A stretch of DNA of 64,000 nt, taken from NCBI GenBank assembly GCA_964016885.1, contig OZ024742.1, positions 235,662,001 through 235,726,000 on the forward strand. The letters are read 5' to 3'. The notes beneath the pieces are model-generated. The model did not search any database and was not told where the DNA came from. It saw nothing but the letters and a program-made list of their open reading frames with translations. A program made the translations under genes and the position numbers. The stretch comes from Eledone cirrhosa (lineage: Eukaryota). Each line of letters begins with the position of its first letter. Position 1 is the stretch's first letter. Below are positions 44,221-57,809 of this stretch, in pieces.

Positions 44221-44683
44221 TATATATAATAGACAATTGTTACATGTGTACTTATAATTGAGGGAGAGGAAGAAAAAATGTAGGTAGACGTGAAAACGTG
44301 TTGGTCTGTAAACAAGAAAAGCACACAGTGAGATGCAAAACTTATAATATAAGTGTGTGAGGCACTTGACTGATATTTTACGTGAATGAATTAGATTTTA
44401 GAGAAATATCTTCAATGAACTCGGCCGATATTTTCTCGAATATTCAGTTGGGGTTACGAACTTTAGATGTAAAACGTAAAACACCGTACAATACCGTTGT
44501 GTAAAGGTGCTGAAAGTAACCCACTGACAGATAGGCAGATAGACAGACACACACACACACACACACACACACATTTACACACACACAGACACACACAGAC
44601 ACACACAAATATATATATATACAGACACACACAAATATAAATATATATATTGGTTTTTTGCTACAATATTTTCTATACCTTTC

Positions 44684-44732
<49 letters not shown>

Positions 44733-44859
44733 GATAGACATATACATAGTTATAGACTTACACATACTTAGAGATATACACATATACACTCACACACAAG
44801 CATATATACACATAAATACCTACACACACGTAAATATACACATATATACATATGCACTT

Positions 44860-44911
<52 letters not shown>

Positions 44912-45283
44912 TCACACACACACGTATATATATTTACATATACATATACACTTATACACACATATATATACACATATACATATACACATATACATGTACA
45001 CATATACATATACATATACATATATCTAGACTTGCACAAATATAATCACTTTCGCAGATACATTATACGCATATACATACAATATACACTTACACACACA
45101 CACACACACACGCATATATATATATATATATATATATACTCGCACACGCATACATATGCACATGCATGTGCATATACATAACTATGCACTTATACAAGCT
45201 TATATACATATACCCGCACATGTATAAACACACACATACACACACTCACACACACTCAAACACACGTACACGGACTCACTCAC

Positions 45284-45365
<82 letters not shown>

Positions 45366-45480
45366 GTTCGCATTAGTGTCATCTGATTCTAAGTATATAC
45401 ACATCAATGCATCTCATTCTTAATCTTTATTAACTATCAGTCTGTTTAATCTATCAACTATACACGCATCATCCCCTTTT

Positions 45481-47125
45481 ATGTATGTATGTATGTATGT
45501 ATGTATGTATGTATGTGTGTATGTATGTATGTATGTATGTATGTATGTATGTGTGTGTATGTATGTGTGTGTGTGTATGTATGTGTGTGCGTATGCATGC
45601 ATGTATGTATGTATGTACGTATGTATGTATGTGTGTATGTATGTATGTATGTGCGTATGTATGTGTGTATGTATGTATGCATGAATGTATGTGTGTGTGT
45701 GTATGTATGTGTGTATGTATGTGTGTGCGTATGCATGCATGTATGTATGTATGTATGTACGTATGTATGTGTGTGTGTATGTGCGTGCGTATGTATGTAT
45801 GTATGTATGTATGTATGTATGTATGTATGTATGTATGTGTGTATGTATGTATGTGTGTATGTGCGTGCGAATGTATGTATGTATGTATGTATGTATGTAT
45901 GTATGTGTGTATGTATGTGTGTATGTGTGTACGTATGTATGTATGTATGTGTGTATGTATGTATGTATGTATGTATGTATGTATGTATGTATGTATCTAT
46001 GTGTGTATGTCTGTGCGTATGTATGTATTTATGTGTGTATACATGTATGTGTGTATGTATCTATGTATGTGTGTATGTATATATGTATGAATGTATGTAT
46101 GTGTGTATGCATGTATGTATGTACGTATATATGTATGTGTGTATGTATGTAAGTATGTATGTATGTATGAATGTATGTATGTATGCATGAATGTATCTGT
46201 GTGTATGTATGTATGTATGTACGCATGTATGTGTGTATGTATGGTATGTATGTGTGTGCATGTATGTATGTACGTATGTATGTACGTATGTATGTATATA
46301 AGTATGTATGTATGTATCTATGTAAGTAAGTATGTATGTATGTAAGTATGTATGTGTGTGTGTCTATACATGTATGTACGTATGTATATATGTATGTGTG
46401 TGTGTATGTGCATGCATGTATGTATGTATATAAGTATGTATGTATGTATATATGTAAGTATGTATGTGTGTGTGTCTATACATGTGTGTATCTACGTACG
46501 TATGTATGTATGTGTGTGTATGTATGTATGTATGTATGTATGTATGTATATAAGTAAGTATGTATGTATATAAGTATGTATGTATATATATGTAAGTATG
46601 TATGTATGTATATATGTATGTATATATGTAAGTATGTATGTATGTATGTATGTATGTATGTATGTATGTATATAAGTATGTATGTATGTATATATGTAAG
46701 TATGTATGTATGTGTGTGTGTGTCTATACATGTGTGTCTACGTACGTATGTATGTATGTGTGTGTATGTATGTATGTATGTATATATGTAAGTATGTATG
46801 TATGTATATACGTATGTACGTACGTACGCATGTATGTGTGTGTATGTAAGTATGTATGTATGTATGTATGTATGTATGTATGTATGTGTGTGTATGTATG
46901 TATGTATGTATGTATGTATGTATGTGTGTGTATGTATGTATGTATGTATGTATGTATGTATGTACGTACGTACGCATGTATGTGTGTGTATGTAAGTATG
47001 TATGTATGTATGTATGTATGTATGTATGTATGTATGTATGTATGTCTGTATGTGTGTGTATATAAGTACGTAAGTATGTATGTAAGTATGTAAGTATGTA
47101 TGTATGTATGTATGTGTGTATGAAT
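45481..47125. repeat. 1.6-kb compound (TATG)n/(TG)n microsatellite
   Basis: Continuous TATG/TGTG/TACG/TAAG variants; source of many spurious ORFs. Confidence 0.97.
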
Positions 47126-47212
47126 GTGTCAGTCATGACCGAAGGAAGAGAACCATCAATCATATTCTCCTACTTGTGCTGCTGCTTGAATCGCTGCATA
47201 AATATTACGGCA

Positions 47213-47652
47213 CCTTGCTTTCCAGCATAGAGTTACGTCCCTTTACGGTCTGAGTTCAACTCCCGCCGAGGTTAACTTTGCCTTTCATCCTTACAGGGTC
47301 GATAAAATAAAGTACCAGTAATGCACTGGGGTAATTGCTGGCCTTGTGCCAAACGTAGAAACAATTATATATAGATCGATTGACCAAGGGATTGAACTCA
47401 TGTCCACCAGATAAACTACAACATTTATATACTCCATTCCATTAAGGGATGGAAATAAGGAGTCTTAAACATAATTGTTTCTACTTTAGGCACAAGGCCA
47501 GCAACATACCCAGTGCATTACTGGTACTTTATTTTATCGACCCCGTAAGGATGAAAGGCAAAGTCAACCTCGGCGGGATTTGAACTCATATCGTTAAAGG
47601 GACGTAACTATGCTAGATAGCGTGGCGTTCGACCCTCTACCGATAAAGCCAA
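47213..47652. mobile_element. Tail-to-tail pair of SINE family A copies (+ 47213-47370; - 47472-47652 with 12-bp TSD)
   Basis: Family consensus in both orientations; CTTAAACATAAT at 47464-47475 and 47654-47665. Confidence 0.85.
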
Positions 47653-47761
47653 GCTTAAACATAATGATCTTGGGCTTAATGTTTGCTCCTAATTAAATGC
47701 TCCCATATGGTGTCCCTATTTCTGCTAGGCAGACTATGGAGGTTATTAAATTATGTGTATA

Positions 47762-47787
47762 TGATGATGATGACGATGATGATGATA

Positions 47788-47824
<37 letters not shown>

Positions 47825-47877
47825 CGACGATGACGATGATGATGATGGTGATGTTGATGATGATGATGATGATGATG
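47762..47877. repeat. (GAT)n microsatellite
   Basis: Direct reading. Confidence 0.95.
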
Positions 47878-48008
47878 CTCTAATTCTTTAATACGCATGT
47901 CTTGTGTTTCAGTGTTGTTCTCTATCTATTTATTACCTTGATTTAGTTCCACAAGGGCTAGTGACTCCCATTTTCCTCTCACAAATAATCAGCCATGTTT
48001 GATTTCCT

Positions 48009-48039
<31 letters not shown>

Positions 48040-49291
48040 TCCTCCTCTCTCTCTCTCTCACTCCTCCTCTCTCTCGCTCTCTATATGTTCCTCCTACTTT
48101 ACTTTTAAGGGAGTTGTTGGCACCGCTTTTATATTCTCTGTCATAATTCCATGGGAAAAGGTACACGTAGTTGTTGGTCATGATATCTTCTGAGAGTAAC
48201 TTTGTTCAAGAGAGATGTCTCTGAAGAGGAAACCTAATTGTGAATACTATCCTGATGTTGCACGGGTCATCAGATCTGATATTTTTACGACTTTACTTCG
48301 GCTGTTTTTTTTTATATCTGCTCTTACATATTTCTTTCCTGTTAATATGATTCCTTTTGTACACCCATATAAGAAAACAAAGGGTGGATAAGAAAAAGAG
48401 CAGCAAACATGTTTCGATCTTATTAGGTCTCTTCAACGAAGAATATTCACTTAGCAAATTGAATTTGCTAAATTAAAATCAAATATCCATAGGAAGGGAG
48501 AAAGAAATTGTGTGTGTCAACAAAGGATAGAGGTAAAAATGCCCACGGGGAGCACTTAGGATAAAGTGTATAAGTGCATATATACAAATAGAATCTCACT
48601 GTTTGAATTTAGTGAGTGGGGTAAAAAAACGTCAATCAACAGAGACTATCATCGCAATTCCAAGAGAAAAACTTCCTTTGGGCATGTTCAGATCTTGAGT
48701 AGCAACAAAGAGAGAAAACTTCTATAGCCTGGATTGAAAAAATATATTAGAGTGGACCAATATATCAAAACACCACTCATGAACTGGTATTTATCGATTT
48801 CAAAAGGATGAAAGTTAAAGTTGACCTCGAAAGGATTTTAACACAGAGGGCACAGAGGCGAGTCAGAACGAATACAAACAGGAAGTTGATCTAGCTCTCT
48901 AACGTCTTACCCAATTGTCAAGTTGACAAAATAAGCAACAGTTTTTTTTTATAAGTGCAACGACCGAGTGTCTTACTGGTGCACGTCTTAGTTTCTAGGT
49001 TGTGGTGAACTCGCATCATATTACACATGTGTTACGCTGGTATCTTTGTTCTAAGATAATACTATTGCAGTTGTTGCAGCTATGATTAGTAGATAGATAT
49101 CACGAACGGAACGTCTTGAATAAAGAGAAGATATCAAAACTGAAATCGTATGAGCCAGATTTCTTTTCAAATTTTCAAATGCATTTCCTTTAAAGTTAAA
49201 TATCTCATTCACAGATCTCTTTGCCTCTTCACATACTCTCCCCCCTCTCTCTCTCTCTCTCCATATATATGTGTGTGTGTGTGCGTGTGCG

Positions 49292-49333
<42 letters not shown>

Positions 49334-49335
49334 AG

Positions 49336-49398
<63 letters not shown>

Positions 49399-49505
49399 GT
49401 GTATATATATATGTATATATATTTATATATATATATATATACACACTTCGTTTTTGAATTTGTTTTGCAAGATTTCTTATCTGCTGAAAACGTGTGTTGA
49501 AACAG

Positions 49506-49589
49506 ATATTGTTATACTTTGGGAAGTTCATGCTGCAAATAATAACACACGCGTGTGTTTTTATTGGCAGCATGACCCTCCCAAAGTAT

Positions 49590-49597
<8 letters not shown>
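49506..49597. repeat. Near-perfect palindrome formed from the (TA)n-embedded family
   Basis: ATATTGTTATACTTTGGGA...AACACACGCGTGTGTT...TCCCAAAGTATAACAATAT. Confidence 0.85.
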
Positions 49598-49633
<36 letters not shown>

Positions 49634-49644
49634 GTGTATATATT

Positions 49645-49700
<56 letters not shown>

Positions 49701-49869
49701 AATTAATTTGGGAAACGTAAATAAGATAAAGAAATATATATTTATTTACTTAGTATCCCTACTACAGTTTCATTGAGCAAACTCTGCCTGACATGTGAAA
49801 AACTCAAATCGTCAAGGAAGAAAGAAATTCTATATATACATGTTCCAATGTGTCCCGTGTCTACGAACC

Positions 49870-49957
49870 CATATCTGATGATATATCAGTGAAGAGTCGA
49901 GCCCCGACCATTATGATTGAACCCTGAGCTGAGCGATATCGAAACAATTGTCATATG
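49870..49957 (+). ncRNA. Hammerhead ribozyme candidate with long stem II and palindromic stem III
   Basis: CATAT-CTGATGA-t-ATATC...GATAT-c-GAAA-CAATTG-TC-ATATG; GUC cleavage triplet; related degenerate copy on the minus strand at 26017-26110. Confidence 0.7.
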
Positions 49958-50019
49958 CAATAAAGTTCATTTATGGTACAACCTTGGCTCCATTCCTGCT
50001 TACTAGCGAGATCACGAAT

Positions 50020-50670
50020 AACTCACTTTCTTGAAAGCTGAACTCCAATCAACATGGGTTCTGTAATGCAAGGGACTGTCTAACGCAGCTCCTGCATAAT
50101 TTTGAAGACATTTTAAGAGCTTTGGGAGAGCGTCCCAAAACAGGTCATCTACCTTGATTTCAGCAAGGCTTTTGACAGGGTTGATCACAACATTCTACTA
50201 AAAAAACTATCCAACATTGGTGTCTCTGGAAAGTTACTGCAATGGATCAAGTGTTTCCTGACAAACAGAGCGCAACATATTGTAGTCGAAGGAGTATAAT
50301 CAAGCACAGCCGGTAGAGGCGTTCCACAAAGCAGTGTTCGGCCCACTTATTTTCATTATCTATATAAATGACGTTACTGACGTCATCAAGTACAGCAACA
50401 TAAGAATCTTTACAGATGATTTCAAGCTCCAGAAGGTCATCAATGGAGTGGGTGACCGGACATGCCCTAAATCAGATCTACTTACTGTTATCCAATGTGC
50501 GAAAAAGAACAATATGCTGCTGAACGAGGATAATTAATCGATTTGGAAAAGAGGATGCACTGAAACTCTCAAATTCGCTTCCTTCAGGTGAAACTCTCGT
50601 GGCATTCAACAACATTAGATGCTTGGGAGTAATTGTTGATAACAACATAAGCTGGGCCACTCATATAACC
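50020..50670 (+). pseudogene. CR1/Jockey-group LINE reverse transcriptase fragment
   Basis: NQHGF..DCLTQLL, VIYLDFSKAFDRVDH, GVPQSSVFGPLIFIIYIND, IFTDDFKL; frameshifted. Confidence 0.88.
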
Positions 50671-51128
50671 AGCCAATCCTCTGCGAAACGTGCGTAACAG
50701 GTCGATACACAATAAAAATCTCACACATACAAACGAAACCTTATCTTTTTTTTTTTAATATATACACTCTGTCTGTGCATAGAGTGCTTTTTTTGGTACT
50801 ACCATGAGTAATTCACCGAATCACCTACACACACACAAAAAACATATATATATATATATACATACACACACTCACACACACACACACAGACACACACACA
50901 TATACTGACATTTTCATATGTTTATATATGAATGTCCTTAATTATACGTTATTTGCCATCTGTGACTTACTTATTTCATATCTACAAAATTTAGAACCTA
51001 AGGAGATACCATGAAATTCCAAGAAAAAAATTATTTTTCCTTTTTTTTTTTTGTAAAGTAAGCTTTTTAAAAGATAAAAATCTAAGATAAATAGATATAG
51101 ATAAATATGGATAGATAGATAGAGATGG

Positions 51129-51159
<31 letters not shown>

Positions 51160-51326
51160 TGTATGTATGTATGTATGTATGTATGTATGTATGTATGTAT
51201 GTATGTATGTATGTATGTATGTTTGTATGTATGTATGTATGCATGTATGTATGTATGTTTGTATGTATGTATGTATGTATGTATGTATGTATGTATGTAT
51301 GTATGAATGAATGTATGTATGGATGC

Positions 51327-51395
<69 letters not shown>

Positions 51396-51515
51396 TATGC
51401 AAAATCCCAACCGCGGCGCCAAGCGGTCGCGATTTTACATATCTCTATACCTACCCTGCATCTCCCATGCATTGAGTACTGCCATGATTAGTGGTCTCCC
51501 CGGTTTAGCACCACA

Positions 51516-51578
<63 letters not shown>

Positions 51579-51584
51579 TCTCTC

Positions 51585-51640
<56 letters not shown>

Positions 51641-51834
51641 AGATCAAAAGATGGTTAAAGGAGTTCCATATATTTTATTATGCGCATTTCAAAAACAAAC
51701 ATCATCAAGCAATAATATTTGTGTTTTGATCTTATATTATGCATACTCCAGTCCCACAAACTGTAGAGTGCTTCTTATCCGATATCTGCATTGCTTTATT
51801 GTACTACAATAAAACTCACCTCCTACATATATAT

Positions 51835-51884
<50 letters not shown>

Positions 51885-51896
51885 TTATATTATATA

Positions 51897-52452
51897 CTAG
51901 GAGTTGTACCCGGCGCTGCACGGGATAAGGTATTTTGGAACGTGGGCCGCCAACACACCTAATCGTGGAAATACTGCATGCTTGGACAATATGTAAAGAA
52001 AATAAACCGAATACTCTGATGGCTGGATAATCTTTAAGATTTTCCTCGATGAAGCAGGAAAAATGCAGGTTTTCACCTAATATGGGCCCTAGGGGATCAA
52101 GAAAATGAATTTTTTTTATGTGCCTAATATGCCTTGAAATTTCGGGAAAATTAGCTAGACGTAACGCCTCAAAAAAGCCCTAAAAAGCTTAAAAAAAGTT
52201 GGATTTTCTTTGCTCACGTTATGAATAAGATACTGACTAATACATAGTTACAATTTCAAGGAAATCAGTCTGACGTAACGACTCAAAAAAACCCTAAAAA
52301 GCTTAAAAAACGCAGTTTTTCCCCTAATGCGGGCTCTAGGGGATCAAAAAGTTGAATTTTTTAATGTGCATAACACTCCCTGAAATATAAGTAATACACA
52401 TGTAAAGTTTGAAAAAATCGGTTGGGTACTTCTCGAGTTTTAGGGATTCAAA

Positions 52453-52524
<72 letters not shown>

Positions 52525-52832
52525 GACATCCTTAGGGAAGTGACGTAATGCAGACAGCCAGACATACAGACAGATATTATAAGGGCACGACGTTATATGT
52601 ATGTATCTATCTAAAAAGAGAAAGACTAAGAATTATAAGAGAGAGATCGCTAAATCGCCTAATGCGGTCCCTAGGGCATTGAAAATTTTAAATTTTCTTT
52701 GCTCAGAACACTCCCTGAAACATAAGTATTACATGTGTAAAGTTTGAAAACAGTCGGTTGGGTGGCTCTCGAGTTTTAGGGATTCGAACTCACACACACA
52801 CAAACAGACATCCTCAGTTTTATATATATAGA
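51897..52832 (-). mobile_element. Non-autonomous Helitron-type element with internal duplications
   Basis: Minus-strand 5' TCTATATATATAAAACTG; 3' hairpin CCCGTGCAGCGCCGGG then CTAG-T; ~145-bp block repeated at ~52325 and ~52660. Confidence 0.75.
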
Positions 52833-52896
52833 TATATATGTGTGAGTGTATATATACATACATGTATATATACTACATACGATACACACACATATC

Positions 52897-53022
<126 letters not shown>

Positions 53023-53197
53023 CACATAAGTAGCATACAGGAGAGTTCTTCAGTACTGTGTTTTAACATTGATTGCTTCATCTTCGGCGTCAATAGTGTG
53101 TTTGTGTTCTTACAGATTTCTTATCTCCCCTTCGTTATCACTCTCATCTATGAAACGATGTAAGTGTAACGTAAACAGGGCGAAGTGAAATAATAGC

Positions 53198-53233
<36 letters not shown>

Positions 53234-53325
53234 GTTGAATGTGTACGCTTACACACACATACACGCATAGGCACACGCATACATACACGTGCGTACTCAC
53301 ACACACTCACATATATGTATATGTT

Positions 53326-53412
<87 letters not shown>

Positions 53413-53440
53413 GTATATATATACGTACACACGCACACAC

Positions 53441-53480
<40 letters not shown>

Positions 53481-53519
53481 AGACACACACACACATATAT
53501 ATGTATAGGTATATATGTA

Positions 53520-53610
<91 letters not shown>

Positions 53611-53623
53611 GTATGTATATATG

Positions 53624-53673
<50 letters not shown>

Positions 53674-54197
53674 GTTGTTACAATTAGAACATCTGGTTAA
53701 AGAATTAATGAACGAGTTATGAGAGATAATGTTGAGTAGGCAACAGGAACGAGTAAAGATAGATAGAACAACCGCAGCAGCAGCAGCAACAGCAACAACA
53801 TCAACAACAGCTACACCTGCAACATCATCAACAACAACAACAGCAACTACAACAATATCAACATCAACAACAACAACAACTGCAACAGGAAACATTTGCT
53901 CAAATTTATATAACGATGTACTCTTCATTGACACGAGAACTTATTTTTAATCAACTACAAAGCCGTTCCCTTCTTTAAAAAAATGTGATATTGCGCTCAG
54001 TTATTGAAGGGGTGGTTGATTGGTGGCGGTGACTTTTCATGTCAATTCACCTCTGTCAATTACATCAACTGCCAAGTGAAGAGTACTCAAACTAGACGGT
54101 CATATAGAAAAATCAACTCGTGGTGTGAGTAGGTTATGCCTGGAAGGAAGGTTGGCTGGTAAGAGAAGCAGAGGCCGGCAGCCAAACGATGGCTTCA

Positions 54198-54385
54198 TAA
54201 TTCTTTCTACTTTTGGCACAAGGCCAGCTATTATTTCAGTGCATTACTGGTACTTTATTTTATCGACCACGTAAGGATGAAAGGCAAAGTTAAACTCGGC
54301 GGGATTTGAACTCAGATCATACAGGGCTGTAACTCTATGCCGCAAAGCATGGCGTCTAACGCTCTACCGATACTGCCAATCCACC
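54198..54385 (-). mobile_element. Full-length SINE family A copy
   Basis: A-box TGGCAGTATCGG, B-box and family core. Confidence 0.88.
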
Positions 54386-54479
54386 ACGGACATTACTGTA
54401 ACACAATATGTGACATGTCAGGACATTTGAATTACCGTTACTGTCTACCCAACGAGCTTCCAAACAATTTCAACCTACC

Positions 54480-54560
54480 CAATTTCATTTACTTCCAGCG
54501 CATCTCCCTTACCATCCTCCGGGGAAACGCCTTCTCCATTCTGTCCGCCGGGGCTGTGGG
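54480..54560 (+). pseudogene. Possible C-terminal scrap of a CRE-like RLE retrotransposon
   Basis: FQRISLTILRGNAFSIL resembles the QR.S..(Q/L)RGNA terminal motif; very short. Confidence 0.45.
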
Positions 54561-54681
54561 GCGGTCAGCACGTGGGACTCCATTTGCTCACTATACATAG
54601 AGATGAGGACGATGACGGTGGGAGTTCGGCTTTTCCGTGTTCGGACACATTGCACCTGTCAAGAGTGTATATTGATGTACT

Positions 54682-56777
54682 TATAGCGATGATACTAGGT
54701 TGCATGAATATAACAAAACGAGACATGGTTTGTGTATATAATATTTAATTAACGGTAGATGGAATACTTGACATGTCAAAGATAGATGTTAGAATGAAAC
54801 AAAGTTAGTAGTTACCGTTTTGATTGCCAGGCAAACGCGGCTGGCAGAGGGCGCCTGGCTAAGGCCAGGCGCCTGTTGGCCAAATTAATGGCAGAGCCAA
54901 ATGAGAGGCTCTTCGACCTGGTGCCGAAAAGGCAAAGAGAGAAAGGAAGCTTAAAGTTGTTAGTTTTATAGGGCTCTGACCGGAAGTTGCAGAAAGGGTT
55001 CCACTTCCCGTCTAGATCCCAATCAAAACAAGGGAGACAACCGCTACATAACCTCCCGCCAGAATTTTAGTGTATAAAAATCGAAATGAAAATATGTAGC
55101 AAGTTGGCGAGAATGTTGTAACAGGCATGAAATTTACGACAAAAGAATGTTTGGAAAAATCAATGATAGATATCAAGGTAGCCAACCGCTCTTGGCCAGA
55201 GAACGACTGGACATCCATCTATCCATCACCCAAAGATACAATGTAATAAAGTAAAAGTAATAGAAGAGCTCAAAGTTCAAAATATAGTTCACAGGTGTGC
55301 AATCACATGACAGCAGGAAAGAAAGTGTGTTCCAGAGAATGAATGCAGGTGGTTTCTGTTCTGTGGTATATCGTGAAATTTCCAACCTCCGAATGGATTT
55401 TCTCACAGGAAGAGTGCTGCAAAAATAAATTCTCTGGCTTTGGTGAAGCTGTGTTGATGTATTGCTGTTGCTGTTATATTGCTGTTGCCTCGCTGAGTGA
55501 GCGTATTCGGTGTTTAAATTCACAGTAAAAAAATTTTTTTTTTCTTAGAAAAAGTGAGTTGCGCAAAGTGCTAGAAATAGCAGCCGAAGTTGATGGTCGA
55601 TGTTGAGAATGCGTTGACCTGGAAGGGTCAAGAGGCCAGCGACCAGAGAAATAAGCATTCTTAATAAATGTGCGGTTATCAACTGTAAATTTACATTGTA
55701 AATTTATAAACCGGCAAATAGAAGAATATAGCTTAAGGCTGAAGAATCCCTGGTGATAAATGGCGTGCGGCTGTCTGTGAGTAGAGACATCTCTGTGAAT
55801 CGAGAATTTGTGCTGCCTACACGTGCCAATACAAGGTTGAAAAAAATAATATTTCTAACGCGCGAGAAAATGATAGTGCAATTTTGAAAGTGACAATGAT
55901 GAAAAAGAAAGGCTTCACTCAGCATAATTATTGGTGTGAACTTTTGGAAAAAAAAAAAACTTGAACGATGAAGAAAACGATGAACAAAAAGGCAATGGTT
56001 TATCGAAAATAAATGTTCCTGTTGAAATGTTTTTTAAAGAATATCGAATTTCTTTTTTTTTTTTTTTTGTTTTGAAAGAGTTCGTTGTAAGAAACGAGAA
56101 ACACATATATATATCGTGAAATGTTTTTTTTTTTTTTTGTTTTGAAAGTGTTCGTTGTAAGAAACGAGAAACATATATATATATTGGTGAAATGCGACAG
56201 TTAGTTGATGCGTGAGAGAAAAAGTCTGTCTGTGCGAATTCCACATGTGCGTGTGTGCGTGTCCTTGAGTATTTTCATAGTTTGTCGCTAAATTTGCTGT
56301 GTATTCGTAATGTAATCACACGAAACCAGATGTGCTATTTTTTTCTTTTTTGGGGGTGACCACTTATAGCGATGAACGGCTGCGTGTTCGTATCACGTTA
56401 AGGTTACCAATATAGCGAGGATACTGGGTTGTATGAATGTAACAAAACGAGACATGGTTTGTGTATATAATATTTAATTAACGGTAGATGGAATACTTGA
56501 CATGTCAAAGATAGATGTTAGAATGAAACAAAGTTAGTAGTTACCGTTTTGATTGCCAGGCAAACGCGGCTGGCAGAGGGCGCCTGGCTAAGGCCAGGCG
56601 CCTGTTGGCCAAATTAATGGCAGAGCCAAATGAGAGGCTCTTCGACCTGGTGCCGAAAAGGCAAAGAGAGAAAGGAAGCTTAAAGTTGTTAGTTTTATAG
56701 GGCTCTGACCGGAAGTTGCAGAAAGGGTTCCACTTCCCGTCTAGATCCCAATCAAAACAAGGGAGACAACCGCTACA
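54682..56777 (-). mobile_element. Complete non-autonomous LTR retroelement (TRIM/LARD-like; Gypsy CsRn1-like signals)
   Basis: 367-bp direct repeats 54682-55048 and 56411-56777 differing at 4 positions; termini TGTAGCG...CGCTATA; TSD TACT; PBS TGGTAACCTTAACGTGAT (56392-56409); PPT GGCGGGAGG beside the 3' LTR; no gag/pol ORF in the 1362-bp interior. Confidence 0.92.
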
Positions 56778-56967
56778 TACTCATAGCTGATATTTCCGGC
56801 TTTCTGCGCCCTGTGTTTACGAGGCTATGTCAACTCGTGTCCAAGACGCCACGCAGAAGTATTGAACTTGGGTCTTAATGATTCCAAAGCAAAACTGTTT
56901 ATCATTCGCTACAATATTACTTATATCTGCCTACACGTTACAACACGTTGTAGAGGTAGGGCACTCA

Positions 56968-57137
56968 GCAGCAGTAGCTGCAACAGAAACAATAGTAAAA
57001 GTAACAGCAGTAGCAACAGTAGCAGCAGCAACAACGGCAGCAATAGCAGCAGCAGTAACAGTAGCAGCAGCAACAACAATAGTAATAGCAGCAACAGTAG
57101 CAACAGTAAGAGCAGCAACAATAACAGCAGCAGTAGC
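56968..57137. repeat. Imperfect (AGC/AAC/AGT)n trinucleotide repeat
   Basis: Direct reading; similar tract at 53770-53885. Confidence 0.9.
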
Positions 57138-57612
57138 TAGGGTTAACCCAGCGACGGAATAGCATCCCATCCAGGTGGAAGTCGTACTGTCAAGGAAACT
57201 GAGATAAGCTCTGACCTGATGCTGAGCCTCTGGGTTTGGGGTATATTTTAATTTTAGCTAGGGTAGGCAGTGTGATTAAGGAGTTGATGTAGCAGAGATG
57301 AGGTTTCGGGTTCTGTCCCACTGTGTGGCACCATGGTCAAGTACCTTCTACTCCAGCCTTGAGAATAAAATCCTGGTTTACGGAAACTGTGTAGAGGGCC
57401 GTCGTATATGTATATACACTCGTAGACATACACACAGACACACACACAGACAGACACACAGACACACACACACACACACACACAGAGACACAGACACACA
57501 CACATACATACATAAACACACACACACATATATATATATATATACATACACACGTGCGTTCTCTCCGCTTCAATGTTTTTCCGTTTCTATTTTTCATTTA
57601 GCTCTCATTCTA

Positions 57613-57648
57613 TCTTCTGATGAAGGACTAACTTCCGAAACGTTAAGA
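57613..57648 (+). ncRNA. Minimal hammerhead ribozyme candidate with loop-less palindromic stem III
   Basis: TCTT-CTGATGA-A-GGA-ctaact-TCC-GAAA-CG-TT-AAGA; intact core; AACGTT palindrome. Confidence 0.7.
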
Positions 57649-57734
57649 CATTTTTCCTACTATATAAAGCATTAAACTAATATATATCTTCATTGTATCG
57701 TTTCCCTGTGTTATTTATTTGTTTACGTTGCGCG

Positions 57735-57809
<75 letters not shown>

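Noticed and set aside
47683-47891. Poly-Asp/poly-Met ORFs, and similar poly-Thr/Ser ORFs at 53729 and 56862
   Set aside because: Trinucleotide microsatellites with no flanking domain or convincing splice context.
47930-48000. Possible short host exon on the minus strand (AAG/GTAATA donor)
   Set aside because: A donor-like motif alone, with no recognisable peptide or partner exons.
54682-55048. Hammerhead inside the LTR (retrozyme)
   Set aside because: No CUGANGA core found on either strand of the LTR.
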